The translations under genes were made by a program, and so were the position numbers. DNA of 64,000 bases from the human T2T-CHM13v2.0 reference genome, Homo sapiens, in assembly GCF_009914755.1 (NCBI RefSeq), contig NC_060931.1. One strand, written 5' to 3'. Positions 1 to 11,200 of the stretch are shown here, piece by piece. Position 1 is the first letter of the stretch; every line of letters starts with the position of its first letter. The notes under the pieces were generated by a model that worked only from the letters and a program-made list of their open reading frames with translations, searched no databases and was not told the DNA's origin.

Positions 1-643
1 AGCATGTGTCAATAGTTGATTGTGGTGCAAAGTGATGCACACCTTGACATTGTTCATCTGCCCATCAGAGCATGGATGCTAGCTGCAGTCCTCACTAACT
101 CCCTAGACACAAGTGGCTTTTGGTGATGTCACAGGTTGTATCAACAGAAACCTCTCCTCCCTGGAGATCTAGAGATGCTGTCTCTGTCATCAGGTGTTCA
201 AAAGAATGACTTCTTTGACAGCTTATGGACAGTAATCTAAAACTAGGCAAAGTAAAAACTCCTTCCTGTTTCATGCACGCTCTTAATGAAATATTTGGTC
301 ATTGCATGTCAAGACGTTGTCTTGTCTTGATGCTGGCACATCTCATATTGAAAACTGGACTGGATCAACAATGTGATCATAAGAAACCAGCCTTCTCCAT
401 CTCAAGAATGCTTCTGACTCTCCTTCTGCCTTCTTGTCCCGAGAGTAGCATGGAGAAACCTCTCCCCCTCTCTGGTGGCTGACATCACTTCCTGAACACG
501 CTTTGGCTGGCTTTCCTGTGAATGTCTTGGGTTATACTGATAAAACTCAGCAACTTCTTTTCTCACAGGAAAGCAACGTGCTTGGCATAGACATTCCCGT
601 AGCTCAAAGTGCTGCAGATACAGGGGAGGTGAGGCAGTGGGGC
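1..643 (-). other. RAPGEF5: RAPGEF5 3' UTR (partial; continues past the window's left edge)
   Basis: Directly follows the TGA stop (644-646) of the last coding exon on the minus strand; free of recognisable repeats. Confidence 0.85.
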
Positions 644-759
644 TCACACCCGAGGCTCGATCCTGTGTGAGAGCTCAAACAGAGCCTGCTGGCTGTCAAT
701 GACATACAGGTGATTAACATAGGACTTTAACTCTTGATGCTCTTTTGGAGACAGGTCAC
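644..759 (-). CDS. RAPGEF5: RAPGEF5 last coding exon: (G)DLSPKEHQELKSYVNHLYVIDSQQALFELSHRIEPRV*
   Basis: Acceptor ...ctaaacaacAG (ct at 760-761); 116 nt = 2 nt + 38 codons including TGA. Matches the RAPGEF5 C-terminus as I recall it. Confidence 0.96.
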
Positions 760-1009
760 CTGTTGTTTAGAGGGGGAAAAAAGACAATCTCAGGAGAGCA
801 GTAATGCTGTATCTACATACCAACAAAACCCCACACTAAGGCTGAGTAAATGTACTAGGTGGGTTCTCATTAGTCAGAATCCCATAAGAGGTGTCCTTGT
901 CCTACAGTAGAAATGCTTTTTCAGCTCAGAATGGATTCCTCAGGTCAGGCAATCAGACTGGCAGGATACTTATAGCATTTATTACCTAACATTGTATATT
1001 ATTTAGAAA

Positions 1010-1125
1010 TTACGTTATTATCTCATTCCACAGATGGGGAAACTGAGCACAGTCACGCAGCAAGTTAACTGTCACAGCCAGGATTCGGACCCAGGACAGA
1101 TGGTTCCTGAGTCCTTTTAGGTAGC
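1010..1125. mobile_element. MIR fragment
   Basis: Contains the MIR core-like stretch attatctcattccacagatggggaaactgag...ggattcggacccagg. Confidence 0.6.
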
Positions 1126-3841
1126 CTTTCACAGCAGTTACCTGTTTAAATGGCCAGCACTGGGTCCTATATCTCAGTCTAGAAGCGTTGAAAATCGCTG
1201 ATAATGTATTTAGCATATGAATGCAATCACTCTTTTTCTGTTGTTTAGATTTTGTACAATTCTTTGGTATTCTCATTTTTTGGAAAAAAAAATTTAATGG
1301 AGCAACTGAATGAACAGATACAACAGAACAGACTCTAAGATGTGGTTAACAGACGAAATAGCTTCAGAAAGTATGTGTATGGACTAAAGTCTACCCAGAG
1401 AAGGACAAGACAAGGGGCTTTTCCACTCACATATCTAGGGCAGTCAAGGAATCGAGGGGCCAAAGGAGGCTTTAGTGCACTGTGAACACATCCACACCCT
1501 GCTAGCGTCCGTGCTGATAAGGAACCAGGATGAAGCAGCATGAACCACGAGGCAAGCCCGTGCACCACAGTCAAACACACACACACACAAGCAAACCATT
1601 TGAGGCTGGGGAACACTGGCCAAACTGCACTACAGTAAAACAATGGAAAGGTGAGTGGCGAAGACATCATATCCTGTTGCTTTGTAGATTATGCATGGGA
1701 CAGGCAGGGTGAGCTGCTGGAGCTCAGTTTGAGCAGAGGGAAGGGAAATGCAGGAGGCTGAGCATTTTCTTATAGCATTTTTTTCTCTTGGTGAAACCCC
1801 CTTTTTTCTCCTCTATAACAAATGTATTTTATGAGGAAATAATTTAAGACCTGTATGACATGGGTGGCTTATAATTCTTAGGTTTAATAGAAACAAGGCT
1901 TCCTGGTTTTAGCAAGTAAACACACTAGGTGTTAAAGTTTATACCATCCCACCTGTTTGAAAGTAACAAAAAGCTGTTTTATTCCAGAATGCCTTCCCTG
2001 GAAGACGTCGAGAAAGTTAAACATTGGTTTGGATAACACGATGCTACAAAGGTAATTTTATGTTAATTTTCAAGCCTTAAAAAGATGGCACAATGAATGG
2101 TTCTAACCATGGCAACTGACATTTGCATGACACTTTATAATGCATAAGTGACTTGATTAACATTTTCATATTTTATCCCAAATGCTGACATTGGTTTACT
2201 ATGCTCATATAAACCGTTAAAATGAATTCGGATAATTCAGTTCCCAAACCAATTTTTTAAAGATACTGTATATAAATATTAGAACATCAACTGGCTTGAT
2301 AGTTACTTAAATTTCTCCTTTGCTCAGTGCCACACAGAGGGTTGCTCTCTGATGAGTGGGAGGTTCAAGGCAGGTTCAAGGCCACACAAGTTAGTATAAC
2401 TATCACCTTCCTGTCTATACTTGGAGCATATATAAACTAGAGTTCCTTGGTTAAGTGAGACTGATATCTTAGAATTAGCTGAATCCCCAGTAAACACTTG
2501 GGAAGCAAAGGAGGATAAAAGCAATACGAAGCTGTACTCATCAGCATTATGCTTATACATTTCAGTGAATCTCTGTGATGATGTTATGATTACTATTTTT
2601 ATTGTAACTGCATTGCGCTTGTATGCTTGATGAAGAATTATATAGGTATATTAAAGTGGTACTAATTGATGTGAATATTTAGAAAATTAGGTCCTGTATT
2701 TATAAGTCTCCTTTTCAAAGAGAAAACATAATCCACACAGAAGTCCAGTTCCTAACTTACTTTGTTGGGGGACAATATTGCCAGCCTAGACCAGCACTGA
2801 ACAGAAAAAAATTCTTAAGCAGGTGTACTCAATTGTTAGCAGTACTTTTCTTGAGAAGTAGGACTCTGATTTTCTACTTTATATAGACTTCTATATTGTT
2901 GAAAAAATTGTTTTACAATGGGCATGTCTTACTTAAAAAATGAAGTTGAACTGAGTGGTTGCCTTTGATTAATTTATAATTATTGAACTCAATTTTCTAT
3001 TTTTTATTACCCTTTGTATCCACAGGATCTGTAGAGGGCAAAAGAGAGGGCGAGGAGGTAAGGCAGACTCAGTCTGAATAATAGCTAAATAAGTGAATCT
3101 CTCTGAGTCTCTGCTTTTTGTTCTACACCTACAGGGTTAATAATCCCCATTTGCTAGGACTGATGTCAGGATTCCATTGCCCATGTGAAAGCTCCTTCAA
3201 CTCAATGAAGTTGATTTCCTTCCTTCCTGCAATGTTCTAACACCATTTAAACATAGTATAAATTATGGCTGAGATTTAAAAAGGAACAAATATTCCTACA
3301 TACATTAGTCTCAGTGGGGATTCTACAAAAGTGCTCAGAACCACACTTTTGCAGCTGAAAGGCAGCTCCAGACAGGAAGTTTTTGTTGGAGAGGAGAAAA
3401 GATTCTGGAAGGCTGCTTTAGGCACTTTTACAAGCTATAGTCCTATTCCAGGAAGGCTCCACGCAAAGAGGTTAGGGACAAGGTCACCCCTGCTAAACTC
3501 ACCAGTGATTTTGAGCCAATGGACAAGCAAAGCAAGACACTGTGGGGACAGGAGTCAGCGGGAGTTGCGGGGAGGAGGTTTCTGAGTGTGTAAAGTCACT
3601 CTTCACAGCATAAACTTGCTGCCATGAGGGGATAATAATCTGCCATATCTTGTCTTCCTCTGCATCCCCAACATGCAGTGAGGAAACAAAGAGACAATCT
3701 ACTATATATATACAATATGCGTATGTATATACATATGATACTTTTCAATCTGTTTAAATTGATTACCACCCAATACTTGTGACCACAGTTGGTACCAACA
3801 TAGAGTCAATTTACATTCCGCACCTGACTTCAATTACTCAC

Positions 3842-3896
3842 CAAACTGGTTAGTCCTGCAGTGTCTCAGGGTTCGGACAGTGTCTGCGATCATATG
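3842..3896 (-). CDS. RAPGEF5: RAPGEF5 exon HMIADTVRTLRHCRTNQF(G), CDC25 domain
   Basis: AG acceptor at 3897-3898, GTGAGT donor at 3836-3841; 55 nt, phases 0/1. Confidence 0.96.
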
Positions 3897-4102
3897 CTGT
3901 AAAGTAGAACAGGAAACACATCAATGGAAGGGTCGTTGAGGGTGTTACTGAAGAAGCAGTGCCTGCTAGGATGGAAGGATAATCTAGCACTCTTGGCTGT
4001 AATAAAGAGAAGAACTGTATTTGGAGCTGGATGTAGCTTTGATTCTATGGAGCTTGGATTATCAAAGAATATTTAGTCCTTATCTGCAAAAACAGTAGCA
4101 CC

Positions 4103-4401
4103 AGAATGGGTGAGGTGGCTCTCACCTGTAATCCCAGCACTTTGGGAGGCTGAGGTGGGCGGATCACTTGAGGTCAGGAGTTTGAGACCAGCCTGGCCAA
4201 TATGGCGAAACCCCATCTCTACTAAAAATACAAAAAAATTAGCTGGGGGTTGTAGCAGGTGCTTGTAATCCCAGCTACTCGGGAGGCTGAGACAGGAGAA
4301 TCGCTTGAACCTGGGAGGCGGAGGTGCAGTGAGCCAAGATCCCATCACTACACTCCAGCCTGGGTGACAGAGTGAGACTCCGTCTCAAAAACAAACAAAC
4401 A
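4103..4401 (+). mobile_element. Alu (AluS-type), full length
   Basis: Two arms with an (AAAC)n tail; TSD AAAAACAGTAGCACC at 4088-4102 and 4402-4416. Confidence 0.95.
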
Positions 4402-4830
4402 AAAAACAGTAGCACCCAATCCGGGTTGCACAGGTTCTTATGAGCCATGAGAAAATACATTGTAGAGAAGTGCAGCACCCCCAGCCCCAGTCATCCTGTT
4501 CACATTTGCACATGTGTTTCACTTCAGGATATGTGTCACCTCCTCTCCATGAAGCCTTTCTGAGATGTCCCTCCTGGACTCAGAGGCTCCAATCTCAACA
4601 TCCCCACTGCTCTTCGTACAGCACCTATTGGCTTTGTGTCACTGTCATTGCTGTTGAACTTTTCTCCTTCTTTAGACCAAGTACCACCAGAGGGCTTTGG
4701 ATGTGCAGAGCCTACTATGTCAGACACATTGACTTACACATATGTGCTGAATGGAGGTAGGAATTCTTGTAGATTCAAAGGTTCAAGTATCTTAAATTGT
4801 AACTGGAAATGAGATACTGACAAAAGATGA

Positions 4831-5161
<331 letters not shown>

Positions 5162-5281
5162 AACATCAACATCTTTAGAGACCATTTTCTGTTCATAGTT
5201 TATATTCACGTACAGTCTTCAATATTCTAATTTAATTTCTTTCCTTGAAGTCCTCACTGATTCCCAGGCAAAAGTCTTCTT

Positions 5282-5578
5282 TTTTTTTTTTTTTTTGAGA
5301 TGGAGTCTTACTCTGTCACCCAGGCTGAAGTGCAATGGCGTGATCTCGGCTCACTGCACCCTCTACTCCCCAGGTTCAAGTGATTCTCCTGCCTCAGCCT
5401 CCTGAGTAGCTGGGATTACAGAGGCATGCCACCACACCCAGCTAATTTTTATATTTTTAGTAAAGACAGGCTTTCACCATGTTCAAGTCAGGCTGGTCTT
5501 GAACTCCTGACCTCAGGATCCACCCACCTTGGCCTCCCAAAGGGCTGGGATTACAGGCATCAGCCACCCCACCTGGCC
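5282..5578 (-). mobile_element. Alu (AluS-type)
   Basis: TSD GGCAAAAGTCTTCTT at 5267-5281 and 5579-5593. Confidence 0.93.
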
Positions 5579-8500
5579 GGCAAAAGTCTTCTTAAATGTA
5601 CAGCTGCTTTGGACAAGATCCCATCATCTTATACTTTTGTACTTGCAAGAGTGAGCTGTCTCTACCACTTTTAGTTTTTCATGTTGAAGGAAGTAGCATT
5701 TTGGAAGCATATACGTATATGCCATAAGAGGAACTAGAGTGCAGTATGTTCTCTTCCAAAATGCTATGCTAGCTGGCTTAATTGCCAGAATAATCTCTAA
5801 ATACTATTGTCTTCATGTTCTAGTTCTCTTGAGAATCAACAGTAGCTCTCTACTTTGTTTCATATCACAATACAAACATCATCCTATTATTCAAGAATTA
5901 ATATCATTCATATCTGGGCCTCCAATTTGGGTCAACATCTTTCATGTCCCAACTATACACACTGAGCATAGGATCACCATATACAGCAAACCCTCAATGA
6001 ATTATTGCTGAAAGAATATTAAACACTAAAATATGTTCTTACTTAAAATTCAGAAGAAATACAGAAATATTATTGGAATATGACCTACTGATTGAATTGT
6101 TGTCATAACCGTATTTCTAATGCACTTCTATTCGATAGTGGAAAATTGAATAGGACAGTGATTATTGCAGTAGCTCAAGCTGCATTTGTAAAGGAAATGA
6201 GACCTGACTCATGTCTGTGCATGTATTGTTCAGTTTCCTTCCCCAGATTTTACCACTTTTCCCAGGTCAGTTTTCTCATTTTAAGCTCTGGCGTCACATT
6301 GATTTCTATCATATGCCATTTGCGTAGCTTGTGCAAGGCTCAAACTGATGTAAGGCTGGGTAGTGGGTGTGGCATTGAAACCTGAGTTCTGGTCTTCATC
6401 TTTAGGCTTTCTAAAGGGGGAGGGGGTAGACAGGGTAAAAGATGATGCTCTTAACATCGAGGGATAAAGAGAAGAAAAGAAACCATTTGTTTCTTTTTAT
6501 GAAACAGTTTGAGATGAAAACATTTCCAGTAGCTGAGGCAGCAAGGAATGTAGCATAAAGAACAGAAATCTCATTAGACCTGATGAGGGCTTCTGGATTT
6601 TCATGGGGTCTGACTCAGTGTACTGGCCTGCATCAGTCAGATAAAGATAATACACTGAATTATCTGTTAGCTGGCTTAAGTTAATATCCATCATGAGGAA
6701 TTGACTTTTCACAAGTTAATTCACTTAGGTTCTATTGGTTCATTATCGTGAAAGATGATCCTGTTTTACCTTTAGAGAAACCCAGTCCTTTACTAAGAAA
6801 TATTCCTTGAAAATAGTGTTTCTCCTAGAAAGGTCAGTCTCATTCTCCAGCATCCAAGTGTAACACAATGCTATATATGACATAAAACTGCTTTTTGTCC
6901 TGGACACAGTTTTATCCTGTCTACTCTGTGTAAGGAGGGGTCAGCATGAGGCATGCTGTGGACCAGGAGCTCACTAGTCCCAGGTGTGGAGCCTGCCCTC
7001 TGAGGAAATGAAGAGCCCGTGCCTGCCTGACGGGCTTGCGTGTGCGCTATGTGAGTGCTGTGTGCATGCTGAACTGCACCCATTTCTTCATTCTTTTATA
7101 AAATAAAATTTCTCTTTAGGAATTTAAAATATTATTTATGCCATGCTATTCCCTTAAACTTTCTCAAAGAATTAAGGGTATGATGATTGACCCTAATAGA
7201 AGTCATATCATTTAGACCTCCTTCATTTCCAGCCCTATGGTTAGTTGGCAGTCTTGGCATATTTGAGAGCTGGCGTTAAGAGGCTTCTGCTGGATTACTG
7301 GAGAGAGCAGGGGAGGGCCACAGATGCTGGTCAGAAGGAAGGTGGGAACAAGCTTTCCACAGCTTGTTCCCATTTGTGACTTTATGGACTTGTTCAGGTT
7401 TTTTTTTTATTATCTTGTCACTTTGGTGGCACTATCTGAGGGGGAAATGACATAATGAACTTAACAAATTCACTGGTTCACTTTAGGGAGGTCAACCTCA
7501 CGTCTGCCCTCAACAACAGGCAACAGCCAGCTGATAAAGAGTTTAGTTGTTCTCCCACGGCCCCTTGGACTAGTCAGGGGAAAGGATTACTAGGCCTTTC
7601 CAGGGAATTCCACTTGGCGTGACACACCTCATCCCACATCTTCACAGATGCTCCACAAATCTCATGTGTTGTTCTTAGGGAGATGTGTTGGCCAGGAAGC
7701 GAAGTAAATATTGACCAAAGGCTTCATATTCCCGCAATTGTTTCATTAATCCCAAACGACAGGGATTAACCTGCTTAGAGGCAAGAATTCTAGTGCCTGC
7801 AGCCTTTCATTAAGTGCCCTGTGATCTTCAGAATATCACACAGCAACACAAAACACGTACAAAAAAATAACACTTTATCCATTTCTGGCTCTGTTGGTTT
7901 GACTGTAGCATCTAAAATAACTGAGCTCTGATTCCAAAACACTTACTGCAGAGACAAACTTGAAAATGTATTGACAGAGCCACTTAGAAAAGCACTAGCC
8001 GTGAAGTGATGGTCTTCGGTGTGGTTAAAATGGAGATAAAGCAAGATATTCCAAGACTGTATTCTATATTCCAGATGCTTGGGTTTTGGGGGTTGTATAA
8101 GGGTTGTATAAGAGCCAACTACACTGTTCCCAAGCTGCTTCACCCTACATGTGGGGAGTTGGCTGGGTAAGCAGAGCAATGTACTTCTGAGGCAAAGGTC
8201 AGGTGCCAAGCCTCAGCAGGACTCATCAGTTCCTACCGTTCTTTGATCATGGTCTGTGGTCCCTGCCTCACTTAACCTCCTCTCAAGTGCCTGACTCAGT
8301 CTCACAGGGAACCAGGGTCAGTTTCTGCAAGAGTTCACACAAATCCATCACCATTACTGAAAAGGTCACTCAAAGGTCAGGATCTGTGGAGCAGGGTTAC
8401 TGGTATCGTCTTTAACCATGAAGGACAGTTTACTCTATGACACTAAAGTTCATCTGTCAGATAAATCCATTCCTCTTGCAGGCAAGTGGGTCTCTTTGGA

Positions 8501-9276
8501 GTACTTCTATTTTACAGTTGCTCAGTTCTTATGGGTAACCCCTCCTTTGCTCAAGGGCAAGTCAGAAAGGCTTGGAGGGGCCCACTGTATTACAAAGCAC
8601 CTGGGAATGCCCTGGAAATCATTCAGGAAGCAGTGGTTCAGAAACATTTAGAGAGGATTGCCCTGGGAACCTCTTGCTTGTAAGGAGGGAGGGTACTTTG
8701 CCTGAGCCGCTCTGGCCGTGGTGCTCAGGGATGGCACCCTTTGTCCATAGGCTGATAAAGGAGTGGCCCTTCCCTTCACACAAGACCCTGCAAATTCCAG
8801 CCTCACATTTAAGCTTGGAGTCCTGAGAGACAAACATATATCCCCAGGAGAGGAACTTTTTCCCTCTGTGCCTTGAAAGCATGCAGGCTGAGACACTGAG
8901 AGATGCCTATAAAGCAGTAAAACATAATCTCCTGAGTGTGGATTCCTCCTGACAGCAGCCTTACAGTTTTAGCTCTGGTTCAATAATATACCCTCAGTTC
9001 TTCATCTTATCATATTCCATTTTTAAAAACAAAACGCAGATTTTCATATTTGGTTCACAAAAACCTTGCTAACATACTTGTTGTTAATTGGAATACATTT
9101 TGTTGGCAGCGTACAACATGCAGCAAATAAGCTCCTTGAATGAAGCAAATAAGCTCCTTGAATTCGCCATGCATCCAATGGAGAAAAGTACTAAAACTAT
9201 TTATTTCCTAGAGCAGGAAAGAAAGGCATACATTTCTGTTACTGTAAAAAAGGGAGAAGTAATGAAATTTACGTAC

Positions 9277-9341
9277 CAGCTTTTCAAAATTGACAAGATT
9301 ATCCAAAAAAGTTTTATTTCCTTCATGAATAAATGTTACAT
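9277..9341 (-). CDS. RAPGEF5: RAPGEF5 exon (D)VTFIHEGNKTFLDNLVNFEKL, CDC25 domain
   Basis: Contains the RasGEF signature FIHEGN...LVNFEK; AG acceptor at 9342-9343, GTACGT donor at 9271-9276; 65 nt. Confidence 0.97.
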
Positions 9342-11004
9342 CTGAAAATTAAAAACAAAAAGATGTATGTATCATTAGGAATGGATCATGAGTCAGGGCT
9401 GAAGAGGTCTAGGTACAATGCAACTTATTCATTTTTCCTAAACATTATGGATCATTCCATGCACTTGGAGAGGCAATTTGAAATTGGATTTATGTGTTAT
9501 TTGATGTAAAAGTGCATAATTTATGTGTGTGTGTATATGTGTGTGTGTAAAAACAGTGTGACCTTACTGAAAGTATATATTTTGCACTCATAATGAAATG
9601 TTTGACTTCAATCTGCTTAATATAAACTAAAGCTAGTCTATAACTTAATTATTCCATTATGTGTTTAAGTCAGAAGACTGAGCAGAAAAGGACTGAATAC
9701 CCAGAAACAACAGGATTTTAGTAAGTATGTGTTTGCTTTTTACAAATCCCTGGCAAAGTGTATGGGACTTGCTTTACTTAAAACAACTAGTTAAGATATA
9801 GATTTAGATGTTTAAATTTAAATTTTTGGTTCCCAAAGTTGATGTCTGATTGTGTACCAGGAATAAGTGAGGAAAGAGGCAGGCTTGAAAAAGTCAAGAT
9901 GTCTGGCCCCATTCGACTAGTAGAAAGCAAGCATCACTGATGAAAATAAAAGGAGGAAAGTACAATGAAAGTGCATTTTCAGAGGAAGATAAAGTTAAAT
10001 TTGGTTTGAGGCTCACTGCATTTAAATGAGTGAGGATATTCATTAAATATCTCCTGTTGGCTGCAGTAAACAAAAGAGTGCCTCCTCAAGACATATAGAT
10101 TTGGAAATTAGTTACATTAAATAAAGGTAGCAACTGAAGCTCTGAGAGTGGATGACTTAGCCATAATCGGATCAGAGGGTGGATGACAGCATCAGGGAAT
10201 CCTTGCAGACAAGTATCACAAAAATAAATATACTATAATTTAAAGCATGTGCAAATAATCATGTTATATTACATATATGGAGAACCAACCAAATAAAAAC
10301 AGCCTTTAAAAATCTTGTAAAAATAACCTGATAGAAAAGAGGGGAAAAGAATGTCTTAAAAACTCCTATAAATAGAAAAAGAATGTATTTGCTTTTAATC
10401 AAGATTTTTATTCTGCTGGTCCCTATGGGGTAATTATGAGATAGGTGGTCCTAAAACTTGCCACCAAAACTCTGGGCCACAAAGCTTTTACTGTCACCAG
10501 GAGGTGACAATAGTTACACAGTTACAGCACACACTGATGCAACCCTTTCCTCAAGGCGTTATACACAGCTTCCAATGTGGACTGAAATGTTTTCATAAGC
10601 TTCTTTTCCTTTCCTCTCTTTTTTTTTTTTTGCTTGTAAACTGATGTCCTAGTAGGAAAACGATTCACAACTAATTACACAGTCTCCTGACAAACTCTCT
10701 GGTTATTTTATTATCTTTTGAAATTTTGCTTGCAGAAAATAATTACAAGCTTTCATTCCGTGACACGGTATTCAGAAAAGAGAAGTCAACACAGGTTTTA
10801 CCTTTTCTGTGTAGCAAATGCAAACCTGTGCACACTCTGTCTACATTAAATACCACCTGAAGGTCTGGCCTCTACTAACTCTCCAAGAATTCCAGATTCC
10901 ACACAGCTTCTCAGAGTGGCTTAGTCCATTTCCCCTGCATTACAGGTTTATCCCTCACCTGCCCCTCACCCCTCTTCCTAGGGATGATGAGGAGGGCAGT
11001 GGCA

Positions 11005-11200
11005 ATAATGACATCTTACATTTATTAACAGTGTTAGACATGGCTCTAAAGAGCTTTAGCTGCATTAACTCATAAGGTAAATTCTAGGAGGTAAGGCTAT
11101 GAAGAAACTAAGGCCCCAAGGACGTCTATGGCTAACCCATGCTCACAGCTATATGTGTCAGAGCCAGGATTCAAACAAAGGGAGGCTGGCTCCCCCTCAC
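11005..11200. mobile_element. MIR fragment
   Basis: MIR-like segments gaagaaactaaggccc and cagagccaggattcaaac. Confidence 0.55.

Noticed and set aside
647-658. C-terminal EPRV as a PDZ-binding motif
   Set aside because: Terminal Val only; Pro at position -2 does not fit class I, so there is no real support.
4073-4478. ORFs containing [16 protein letters not shown] or [12 protein letters not shown]-type peptides (also at 5.4, 38, 39, 42, 44, 48, 50, 54.7 and 61 kb)
   Set aside because: These are translations of Alu sequence, not genes.
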